Source of the DNA: Phycisphaerae bacterium
GTDB taxonomy: Bacteria; Planctomycetota; Phycisphaerae; UBA1845
DNA length: 64,000 nt
Reading direction: 5' to 3'
NCBI GenBank assembly: GCA_028289375.1
Contig: JANQQK010000028.1
Span: 67,318 to 131,317, forward strand
A program made the translations under genes and the position numbers. The first letter of the stretch is position 1. Each line of letters opens with the position of its first letter. The notes under the pieces are model-generated. The model saw only the letters and a list, made by a program, of their open reading frames with translations, was not told the DNA's origin and made no database searches. Of the stretch, positions 1 through 8,085 are shown one piece after another.

Positions 1-140
1 TCCAATCCGGCATGATCGACCCCAACGTCCTCATGGAACTTGCCACCGAAGCATTGACCGGCCGCCATCGGGACGATCAACTAAGAGCCATCGCGTGGGC
101 TACGCGAAACGCATCGAGCCAAGAAGGAAGCAACCCATGA
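1..140 (+). CDS. 3' end of an upstream gene cut by the window edge (unknown product)
   Basis: Frame 3 is open from the window edge to TGA 138-140 (...LRAIAWATRNASSQEGSNP*). The stop overlaps the next gene's ATG (ATGA at 137-140). No recognisable domain in the 45 visible residues. Confidence 0.3.
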   Translation, partial: QSGMIDPNVLMELATEALTGRHRDDQLRAIAWATRNASSQEGSNP

Positions 141-742
141 TCCACGACAGCGTCATCGACATCTGCCTCAACGCCTTGCAGTCGCACTTCGGCTCCAACC
201 TGATCCTTCGCCCCCCAGCATCACTCGCCGACCTCGCAAAGCTTGAAAAAGCCGCCGGCACCCTCCCCCGCGACCTGAAGGTCTTCCTCGTCACTTGCGA
301 CGGTCTGCGCATCAAGACCGACGCGTCCCTGCCCCACGTCCACCTTTGGCACGTCCACGAAATGCTCGAAACGATGAGCGAAGAATGCCACGCCACACTC
401 CTGCCCGGATTGCTCCCCATCCGCGGGAACGTCGACGCCGAATGCGACCTCCTCGTCACCGATCCCGGACACATGTTTGGCCGTGTCGTCCGTCGCGATC
501 CATGGAAACCCGGCGCCGTGCTCTTCGCCTCAACATTCGGCCGTTATATCGATGGATGGTCGCGCTTCCTCATCGAGAGCTTCGACGCCAATGGCGTTTG
601 CCATCAGGAGCAGGTCCCGCCGTTCGAACATCGCCACGTCACCGTCATCGACGCCGAATTGCCAACCACCGCCGAAGACGACGAAGTCAAGTCATGGCTT
701 CGTCAACTGTCCGTCATCGAAAGCGGCGGCTCCGACTTCTAA
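137..742 (+). CDS. SMI1/KNR4 (SUKH-1)-like protein
   Basis: ATG 137 is preceded by GAAGGAAG. The motif LADLAKLEKAAGTLPRDLKVFLVTCDGL resembles the SUKH/SMI1-KNR4 signature. The track ORF starting at GTG 95 is probably too long. Confidence 0.6.
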   Translation: MIHDSVIDICLNALQSHFGSNLILRPPASLADLAKLEKAAGTLPRDLKVFLVTCDGLRIKTDASLPHVHLWHVHEMLETMSEECHATLLPGLLPIRGNVDAECDLLVTDPGHMFGRVVRRDPWKPGAVLFASTFGRYIDGWSRFLIESFDANGVCHQEQVPPFEHRHVTVIDAELPTTAEDDEVKSWLRQLSVIESGGSDF

Positions 743-871
743 CCAGCACACCGACAAGATTCCGACCGTTGTCGCGCAGTCGGCGAGTTCACCTGTGCAC
801 AGCGCACACCAATTTCGTGCAATCCGAACAGCCACGTCTGCCCAGTCTTCCCATTTGCGCGGTGTATTTCG

Positions 872-900
872 TTTATTGAATCAAGGGTCCGATTTATTGA
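872..900 (+). promoter_or_regulatory. AT-rich direct repeat TTTATTGA x2 (21-nt spacing) upstream of the GH13 gene; candidate operator or promoter element
   Basis: TTTATTGA occurs at 872-879 and 893-900 inside the only AT-rich patch of the 742-975 gap. The patch also contains the small palindrome TTGAATCAA. AAAGGAG lies 10 nt before ATG 975. Confidence 0.2.
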
Positions 901-974
901 TTGCAACACATACCCCGACCCCTACGATGACGTTGTGGTAAATCATGGGTTGACCTGAAAAGGAGCACACGACC

Positions 975-3146
975 ATGCAACACAAACTGCTATCCAATTC
1001 ACGCGTCGCACTCGCATTCATCATCGTTTCCATTGCAGCCATGACGGCCAATGCCTTCCCCTCATGGATCGGAGTGTACGGTTCCTTCGAACGCCACACC
1101 GACACCCAAAACCCCGGAACCTACACCGTCCTCATGAACCAGGATTACTGGGGCCTCCACTGCGAGGTCGGCATCCGCGTCGACGGCGGCTCATGGCAGG
1201 TCTTCCAGATGAGCTACGCCGGCAACGACTCCGGAAACTCAAAATGGGAACACACCCCATCGTCCACCTACGCACCCGGATCAAACGTTGAATACTACTT
1301 CCACGGCTACGACAACTGGGGCGGCCACATCTGGGACAACAATGGCGGCAACGACTATGACTTCGCCGCGGCGCTCGTCCCATCGTCCCAATCCGGCATG
1401 GGCGCCATCCCCTACACCGGCGGCGTCGCCTTCCGCGTTTGGGCACCCAACGCAACAACCGTCTCCGTTGTTGGCGATTTCAACAGTTGGAACGCCACCA
1501 CCAACCCACTCGCCTCCGAATCCGGCGGCATGTGGTCGGTCGACGTCGGCACCGCATCGGTCGGCGATGAATACAAGTTCGTCATCGACGGCACCATCTG
1601 GAAAAACGACCCCTGGGCAGAAGACGTCACCAACTCCGTCGGCAACAGCGTCATCACCAGCGACGCACCCTACAATTGGACAGCCTTCACTACCCCAGGC
1701 TGGCACGACATGATCATCTACGAGATGCACATCGGCACCTTCAACGACACCCCCGGCGGCACCCCCGGCACATGGTCCAGCGCCACCGCCAAACTCAACC
1801 ACCTCCAGTCCATGGGCGTCAACGCCGTCGAAATCTTGCCCATCGCCGAGTTCGCCGGCGACTTCTCATGGGGCTACAACCCAGCCCATCCTTTCGCACC
1901 CGAGAGCATCTACGGCTCCCCAACCGATATGAAAGACTTCATCGATGAATGTCATCAACGCGGCATCGCCGTCCTCATCGACGTCGTCTACAACCACCTG
2001 GGCCCAAGCGACCTCGACCTCTGGCAGTTCGACGGCTGGTCGACCGGCGGCATGGGCGGCATCTACTTCTTCCAGGACTGGCGCGCCGTCACGCCATGGG
2101 GTGACACCCGACCCGACTATGGCCGAGGCGAAGTCCGCACCTATCTCCGCGACAACGCCATGTACTGGCTCACCACCTACAACGCCGACGGACTCCGCTG
2201 GGACTCCACCGTCAACATCCGCACGCAGAACAACGGCGGCGGTGGCAACATCGCCGATGGCTGGAGCCTCATGCAATGGGTCAACAATGAAATCAATGCA
2301 GCCGTCCCATGGAAGATCTCCATCGCAGAAGACCTCCAGAACAATGAATGGCTCACCAAGACCACCGGCGCCGGCGGGGCGGGCTTCGACTCTCAATGGG
2401 ACGCCGCCTTCGTGCACCCCATCCGCGACGCCATCATCACCGGCAACGACGCAAACCGAAACATGTACAGCGTCCGCGACGCCATCACCCACTACTACAA
2501 CGGCGACCACCTCCAACGCGTCGTCTACACCGAAAGTCACGACGAAGTCGCCAACGGCCATTCCCGCGTCCCCGAGGAAATCTGGCCTGGCAACGCAACG
2601 AGCTGGTTCTCCAAGAAACGCTCAACCCTCGGCGCCGGCATCGTCTTCACCAGCCCCGGTATCCCGATGATCTTCCAGGGGCAGGAATTCCTCGAAGACG
2701 GCTACTTCGCCGACACCGACCCGCTCGACTGGACCAAAGCCACCACCTTCAGCGGCATCGTCGATCTCTACACCGACCTGATCGCCCTGCGTCGCAACAC
2801 CGCTGGTAAAACCGCCGGTCTCCGCGGCAACAACGTCAACGTCCACCACATCAACAACACCAACAAGGTGATCGCTTACCATCGCTGGGACAGCGGCGGC
2901 ACGGGCGATGATGTGATCGTCGTCGCCAACTTCTCCGGCACCGGATTCACCAGTTACAACATCGGCTTCCCGCGCAGCGGCTCATGGAAGGTCCGCTTCA
3001 ACAGCGACTGGAATGGATACGATTCCGCCTTCGGAAACTGGAACGCCTACAACACAACAGCCAACAGCGGCACAAAGGACGGCATGCCCTACAACGCCAA
3101 CGTCGGTATAGGCCCCTACACCGTCATCATCCTCTCACAGGACTGA
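975..3146 (+). CDS. secreted GH13 alpha-glucan-active enzyme (branching-enzyme-like core) with N-terminal starch-binding-like module and CBM48
   Basis: Signal peptide MQHKLLSNSRVALAFIIVSIAAMTANA. WDNNGGNDY motif (CBM25/53-like). FRVWAPNATTVSVVGDFNSWN (CBM48). GH13 regions VLIDVVYNH, DGLRWDS, SIAEDL, YTESHDEV. Confidence 0.85.
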   Translation: MQHKLLSNSRVALAFIIVSIAAMTANAFPSWIGVYGSFERHTDTQNPGTYTVLMNQDYWGLHCEVGIRVDGGSWQVFQMSYAGNDSGNSKWEHTPSSTYAPGSNVEYYFHGYDNWGGHIWDNNGGNDYDFAAALVPSSQSGMGAIPYTGGVAFRVWAPNATTVSVVGDFNSWNATTNPLASESGGMWSVDVGTASVGDEYKFVIDGTIWKNDPWAEDVTNSVGNSVITSDAPYNWTAFTTPGWHDMIIYEMHIGTFNDTPGGTPGTWSSATAKLNHLQSMGVNAVEILPIAEFAGDFSWGYNPAHPFAPESIYGSPTDMKDFIDECHQRGIAVLIDVVYNHLGPSDLDLWQFDGWSTGGMGGIYFFQDWRAVTPWGDTRPDYGRGEVRTYLRDNAMYWLTTYNADGLRWDSTVNIRTQNNGGGGNIADGWSLMQWVNNEINAAVPWKISIAEDLQNNEWLTKTTGAGGAGFDSQWDAAFVHPIRDAIITGNDANRNMYSVRDAITHYYNGDHLQRVVYTESHDEVANGHSRVPEEIWPGNATSWFSKKRSTLGAGIVFTSPGIPMIFQGQEFLEDGYFADTDPLDWTKATTFSGIVDLYTDLIALRRNTAGKTAGLRGNNVNVHHINNTNKVIAYHRWDSGGTGDDVIVVANFSGTGFTSYNIGFPRSGSWKVRFNSDWNGYDSAFGNWNAYNTTANSGTKDGMPYNANVGIGPYTVIILSQD

Positions 3147-3530
3147 CGGTAACGCAGGTCACAACCTGCATAATTCATTTGTAGACGGTAGACGGTAGAC
3201 GGTAGGGCAGGTGCTTGCACCTGCCGTCCGTCCTGTAGCGCCACCCCTTGTGGGTGGCGGGACCGCTCAGACGGTAAGTCAGGTCGCAACTTGCCGCGAT
3301 TGAACCAACGGTTGTGGCAACCGCTCGCACCTGCCGCTAGGACCGCAATGCGTGCAATGCAAACAGATCTCCCCCACCCGGCACCATCGGCGTGGGGGAG
3401 TCTCTTTGGGCAATCCAACGCTGCTCTGGGTGGCCCACCGACTTCAGCGGTGGGGGAGTCGAATTCCATTGTGGGGATGTGAACTCTGCTACAGAACGGT
3501 AGGGCAGGTGCTCGCACCTGCCGTTTGGGT
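3147..3530. repeat. cluster of REP-like palindromic hairpins (two families) plus a GTAGACG x3 micro-tandem
   Basis: Family 1: GCAGGT/ACCTGC 3154-3169; GGCAGGTG-N4-CACCTGCC at 3206-3225 and 3503-3522. Family 2: GCCACCC/GGGTGGC 3240-3258, CCCCCAC/GTGGGGG 3371-3398, CCCACCG/CGGTGGG 3434-3454. GTAGACG is repeated three times at 3181-3201. Confidence 0.7.
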
Positions 3531-3615
3531 TGGGCGCCCACCATCGTACCCGGCGCGCCGGAATGGGGCAGTCGATTCAAAGTAATTTAGATCGCCACCC
3601 GCCGATTCTCCCAAT

Positions 3616-4029
3616 TCAACGATCTGGCGACGATACCTCATCATGCTCGAGTCTTGGACCACGGGCCCGTCCCGAAAAAAGCCGCGTCAAGAACACCACA
3701 ACCAAACCAAAAGGCGAATACACCAATGCGTGCCCGAGTATCCAGGGCATCGGATTGGCCGTCGCCCTTACGTCGCCAGTCAACACGCCCGAACCGAGCA
3801 TCCCCGCAGCAAGCCCAACACAAATGGGAACAAACAACAGTAACTTCGCAGCCTCCGAACTCTCCGGACGTGAAGCCGAGTCAGCCACAAGAATCGCCGC
3901 GAGGAACATGGAACCAAGTTGCAGCACAGGACCCAACAGCCCCAAAACAAAGGCAATGGCAACATACCAGACCACACCATGCCAAATCCATCGACGCCCA
4001 CCAATCATCGTCCCGCGCCTCAGAGTCAT
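3616..4029 (-). CDS. hypothetical small membrane protein
   Basis: 137-aa ORF with several hydrophobic helices (VVWYVAIAFVLGLLGPVLQLGSMFLAAILV, LLLFVPICVGLAAGMLGSGVL). It is 4-nt overlapped with the upstream ORF. Confidence 0.5.
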   Translation of the reverse strand: MTLRRGTMIGGRRWIWHGVVWYVAIAFVLGLLGPVLQLGSMFLAAILVADSASRPESSEAAKLLLFVPICVGLAAGMLGSGVLTGDVRATANPMPWILGHALVYSPFGLVVVFLTRLFSGRARGPRLEHDEVSSPDR

Positions 4030-4433
4030 TCGATAGACCCGTCCCCACCATCACGCCTCCCTTTCTGGGAGTTCAGTTCTTCGAATAGGAATGCAACCGT
4101 GGCGGACAACACCCAAGCGACCGGCATCATGATCATGAACGTCGACCAAAAAGCAAACGCCGGATCCCTGTCTGTCTGCCTCGTCCCAAAATGCACACCC
4201 ATGTCGCCCAGCGACCAACCGAACACCAACGTGAATATCCGTGCCAACCGTGCCCCGACGTCGATCCAGTTCTTGCTTGACGTAACGACCACGACGAGCA
4301 CCGCCGCGACCATCCCCCACGAAGCTGCCGCCCGCCACTCAGTGACCCCCCACCGTTCCAATCCCAATGGGAAAACTCCGAACACAAAACCAATGATGAA
4401 GTGCCTGGTCATGGAACATCCACACGAATCCAC
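4026..4433 (-). CDS. hypothetical small membrane protein
   Basis: 135-aa ORF with hydrophobic helices (HFIIGFVFGVFPLGL, MVAAVLVVVVT, FWSTFMIMMPVAWVLSATVAFLF). Its stop overlaps the start of 3616-4029. Confidence 0.5.
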   Translation of the reverse strand: MDSCGCSMTRHFIIGFVFGVFPLGLERWGVTEWRAAASWGMVAAVLVVVVTSSKNWIDVGARLARIFTLVFGWSLGDMGVHFGTRQTDRDPAFAFWSTFMIMMPVAWVLSATVAFLFEELNSQKGRRDGGDGSIE

Positions 4434-4526
4434 GAAGTTCAGAGTACGCCGATCATAGCGCGATATTTCCGATGGCCCAACCAGCGTCTCTCAATTTCAC
4501 CACAGATCGTTCGGCCAAAACCTACA

Positions 4527-4606
4527 GTCCCACCACGCCAACCCCCATTCGCCACCCCGTAGCCCCCTGATCAAACAAAAATATTCCCTTCGATCACCCA
4601 TCACGT
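4527..4606 (+). repeat. conserved 80-nt intergenic element, copy A
   Basis: 69/80 identical positions without gaps to 18120-18199, same orientation, by hand alignment. Confidence 0.7.
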
Positions 4607-4728
4607 ACTTATGGATGGAGAGGAGGTGACCCCATGTTGCCGACGACGACACCAGCCCAGCCAATAACCCGATCCACCGATTCCCCGCGCCCCATTGGTC
4701 CCACCAACCACCACGCTAAAATCCCCCC

Positions 4729-5988
4729 ATGGACCAGCCCCCCAACACCATCATCATCGGCGCCGGCGCCGCAGGCCTCGCCACCGCCATCTTCGCCGCC
4801 CGCCCCAACCCCCACGCCAACGTCACCATCCTCGACGGAGCAAAGAAAATCGGCGCCAAAATCCTCGTTTCCGGCGGAGGCCGATGCAACGTCACCAACG
4901 CATCCGTCACGCCCAACGACTTCTACGGCGGAAACCGAAACATCATCCGCAACATCCTCCGCCGCTTCGACCACATCGCCGCCCGCAACTTCTTCACAGA
5001 TCTCGGCGTCCCGCTCCACGAAGAACCACACGGCAAACTCTTCCCCGATTCCAACAAAGCCCAATCCGTCCTCGACGCCCTCATCAATGAAGCCAACCGC
5101 CTCAACGTCACCATCAGCCCCAACCACCGCGTCACCAACATCACCAAATCCGACACCGGATTCACACTTTCGGTCAACGTCAACGACGAACCGCAGACGA
5201 TCCACGCCGACCGCATCGTCCTCGCCACCGGCGGAAAATCGCTCCCCAAAACCGGCAGCGACGGTGTCGGCTTCCAACTCGCACAATCCTTGGGCCACAG
5301 CCTCATCGAAACATCCCCCGCCCTCGATCCGCTCATCCTCGCCGGCGACTTCCACGCCCAACTCACCGGCATCACCCACGACATCACCATCAACATCCGC
5401 ACCGCAGGTCAAAAGCCATCCCGCATCACAGGCCCCGTCGTCTGGACCCACTTCGGACTCTCAGGCCCCGCCGCCATGAACGCCAGCCGCTTCCACCACC
5501 GCGCCCGCATCGAGAACAAGCACCAGCACATGTCCGCCAACTTCTGCATCGATCAATCATTCGAACAGGTGGACGCAACCATCCAATCGGCCGCCGCCAA
5601 CCGCCCCAAAGCACGCGTCACCACCATCATCCACCAATGGCTCCCCCAGCGCATCGCCGACGCCATCTGCAAACACGCCAACATCCCAACCGACATGGAG
5701 AGTGGCAGACTCACCCGCGACGCCCGCCGCAACCTCGCCCACGCCCTCACCGACTTCCCCCTCAACGTCACCGACACCCGAGGTTACAAGTACGCCGAAG
5801 TCACCGCCGGCGGCATCCCGCTCTCCGAGGTCGACCCGAAGACGATGCAATCCCGCAAATTCGAAGGTTTGTTCCTGGTAGGCGAGATCCTCGACGCCGA
5901 CGCCCGCATCGGCGGCTTCAACTTCCAATGGGCATGGTCCACCGCATACATTGCCGGCGCCGCGCTGGCAAGGGAATTGTCACTCTGA
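4729..5988 (+). CDS. HI0933/BaiN-family NAD(P)/FAD-dependent oxidoreductase
   Basis: N-terminal IIIGAGAAGLATAIFAA dinucleotide fold and the GGGRCNVTN motif typical of the HI0933-like family. 419 aa. Confidence 0.85.
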   Translation: MDQPPNTIIIGAGAAGLATAIFAARPNPHANVTILDGAKKIGAKILVSGGGRCNVTNASVTPNDFYGGNRNIIRNILRRFDHIAARNFFTDLGVPLHEEPHGKLFPDSNKAQSVLDALINEANRLNVTISPNHRVTNITKSDTGFTLSVNVNDEPQTIHADRIVLATGGKSLPKTGSDGVGFQLAQSLGHSLIETSPALDPLILAGDFHAQLTGITHDITINIRTAGQKPSRITGPVVWTHFGLSGPAAMNASRFHHRARIENKHQHMSANFCIDQSFEQVDATIQSAAANRPKARVTTIIHQWLPQRIADAICKHANIPTDMESGRLTRDARRNLAHALTDFPLNVTDTRGYKYAEVTAGGIPLSEVDPKTMQSRKFEGLFLVGEILDADARIGGFNFQWAWSTAYIAGAALARELSL

Positions 5989-6891
5989 ATGGTCGTTTGT
6001 GGATTCGGGTTTCTGCCTCGACTTGAATATCCATCCAATTGCTGGTTCGTTCTCGGCCTTGGCATCAGCGGGATTTTGATAGTGAAGGATTTCGACAGAG
6101 CATTGGTGAGGCGTTGCGGTGAGAACTGTCGCCCGGGTCCGATCAAGGAAGAACGTGTCGTGTTCGCGGATCAACTTCATCCCGACATCAACCCCATCAG
6201 CCGTGCCAATATCAAGAGTAGCGATTGCCTTGAGACAAGGGTGCCCCGGAACAGTGCCCGATTCTGGTGTGATGCTCCTCACTTGCGTAATCGATCCGAC
6301 GATCGGGCCCTTCAACAGCAAGTGCCTGAACTCGCGTGGCACATAGGGTTTGCCGCTGGGGCGTTTGTAATCCATGCGGAATTCAACGAAGAAGCCTCGC
6401 GGTCTTTCAGGATAAATCAGGTTCTTGTTGACATCGCTGCAGAACGAATTCATGTTCTTGGCAGGAACCAGATAACGAAGGCCTTCCCATTTCACGACGA
6501 CGAATTTCTTGTGGTCGAATATTCGCGATTTGTTGCGTTGGGGCGTCTCATGCACCAACGTGATCACACCGACTTTCTCTTCTTGAAGCTCTCCGTATGC
6601 AACCAACTTTCCAAGACCTGCAGGATGCGTGTATGCAAAACCAGATTCGGGAGCAACAAGGAGAACACTATGGCCATGGAAAGTAGGGCCGCTGGTGTAG
6701 AAACCAGCCCAATGGTGTGTTCTTCCGTGCGCCGGCATTCTCCGCAATTCCGCAGAAATCATCTCTGTTCGTCTCTCTGTCTCCCGAATGACCTCCTTGC
6801 GGTCAAGTTTCTCGCCCGCATCGACATGAGTAGGAATTGACAGGATGATCAATAAGCAAGGGAGTCCAATGGTGACACGAGACATGATCAT
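5980..6891 (-). CDS. hypothetical secreted protein (lower-GC gene)
   Basis: 303-aa ORF with signal peptide MIMSRVTIGLPCLLIILSIPTHVDA. No recognisable domain. One 60-nt line (6361-6420) is 47% GC. Its 3' end overlaps the convergent flavoprotein gene by 9 nt. Confidence 0.55.
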   Translation of the reverse strand: MIMSRVTIGLPCLLIILSIPTHVDAGEKLDRKEVIRETERRTEMISAELRRMPAHGRTHHWAGFYTSGPTFHGHSVLLVAPESGFAYTHPAGLGKLVAYGELQEEKVGVITLVHETPQRNKSRIFDHKKFVVVKWEGLRYLVPAKNMNSFCSDVNKNLIYPERPRGFFVEFRMDYKRPSGKPYVPREFRHLLLKGPIVGSITQVRSITPESGTVPGHPCLKAIATLDIGTADGVDVGMKLIREHDTFFLDRTRATVLTATPHQCSVEILHYQNPADAKAENEPAIGWIFKSRQKPESTNDHSE

Positions 6892-6916
6892 GATGGTTGT
6901 TGCACACGGATCCTCA

Positions 6917-8026
6917 TCACTGCCGCGTCATCTGCAGTGACATCAGACCGTACGCTGTGCCGTAGGGTTTGTGGTATGTGTTGATGTAAAAGTCCCACAT
7001 GCTGCCGTCGGATTCCTGCGTCTTGATGATCTCGTGGGCCAGCAGCGGCGTGTACTTTTGGCGGTCTTTCTCGGGCAATTCATTGATCACCTGCGCGGCG
7101 TAGTAGTGGCCAAAGAAGTAGAAATACCCGCTGTTGGCATAGTAGGCCTCATGTGGGATCGGCTTCTTGCGGGCGACGTCGAGGAACTTGTGGTGCTTGA
7201 AAAAGTGATCCAGCCCGGTGCGCAACTGATCCTGCGTAACCGGGTAGCCGCTCTTGAGCAGTGCGAGGTTGCAGACCTGAATCCGACACAACGACCCCTT
7301 GATCGTATCGATCCACTCCGAATGACGCGGCGCGGTAATGGCATTGACCGAGTACGTGTACGCCCCATCCGGCAGGCGGCAGCGTGCAACGGCTTTGGCG
7401 GAAATGCGCAACATGTCCGGCGGAACGTCGAGACCGGCCGCCTTGGCATCATGCAACGCCAGCACACCGACAGCCGTCATGAAACTCGTCGCCCACGCCG
7501 GCGTCGGCGCCTTCACCTCGAAATCGTAGTAGCCCCACCCGCCTGACGGCGTCTGATACTTCTGCAGTTCCTTGATCAACTTGTTGCCGACGGTGCGAAG
7601 CTTGGCCAGCCGCTCGGCGTCGTTGGCGTAACGCGGATTCACGATCGCCCGGGCCACGCCCTGCAAGCCATAAATGTACGCCCACGTGTTGTCCGTATCC
7701 CAATCGGAAGGGCGCTTCACGCCGGCGTTGTCGATCATGTAGTCGATCGCCTTGTCGTAGGCGGCCTGAATCTGCTCCGTCTGCGTCGCGTCCTGCAGCG
7801 CCATGGCGCCAAGACCGGTCGTGGCGAGGATCCACGATTTGTGCGTCTCCGGGTTGGACCAGAATTCGTGGGCCGGCTTGTCCCAGGAACCCCACGAGCC
7901 GTCCTCATTCTGATCTTCCAGCATGAAGTCCGTGGCACGCTGAATTGTCGAATCGGTCGGACTTGGCGCGTCGGATGCCAAAGCAGGGCCAGCCAACAGC
8001 GCGACGGTGATCACGAAACGCAACAT
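6917..8026 (-). CDS. prenyltransferase/squalene-oxidase repeat (alpha/alpha-toroid) secreted protein
   Basis: Repeats DQNEDGSWGSW, QTPSGGWGYY, TQESDGSMWDF. Signal peptide MLRFVITVALLAGPALA from ATG 8026, preceded by GGAAAGAGG. The track ORF extends to 8086. Confidence 0.8.
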   Translation of the reverse strand: MLRFVITVALLAGPALASDAPSPTDSTIQRATDFMLEDQNEDGSWGSWDKPAHEFWSNPETHKSWILATTGLGAMALQDATQTEQIQAAYDKAIDYMIDNAGVKRPSDWDTDNTWAYIYGLQGVARAIVNPRYANDAERLAKLRTVGNKLIKELQKYQTPSGGWGYYDFEVKAPTPAWATSFMTAVGVLALHDAKAAGLDVPPDMLRISAKAVARCRLPDGAYTYSVNAITAPRHSEWIDTIKGSLCRIQVCNLALLKSGYPVTQDQLRTGLDHFFKHHKFLDVARKKPIPHEAYYANSGYFYFFGHYYAAQVINELPEKDRQKYTPLLAHEIIKTQESDGSMWDFYINTYHKPYGTAYGLMSLQMTRQ

Positions 8027-8085
8027 GGGATACCTCTTTCCAAGTAGACTACGAGCAAAGCAAACGGGCACTCTTCTGGTGTGCA

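Noticed and set aside
95-136. GTG 95 start of the SUKH-like ORF, as given in the track
   Set aside because: That frame is open to the window edge, so the GTG is arbitrary. ATG 137 has a proper SD and forms an ATGA overlap with the upstream frame.
4609-5479. P/S/T-rich 281-aa (plus) and G/D/V-rich 280-aa (minus) ORFs
   Set aside because: Both overlap the HI0933-family flavoprotein gene (4729-5988), which carries canonical FAD-binding motifs. Their composition is an alternative-frame artefact.
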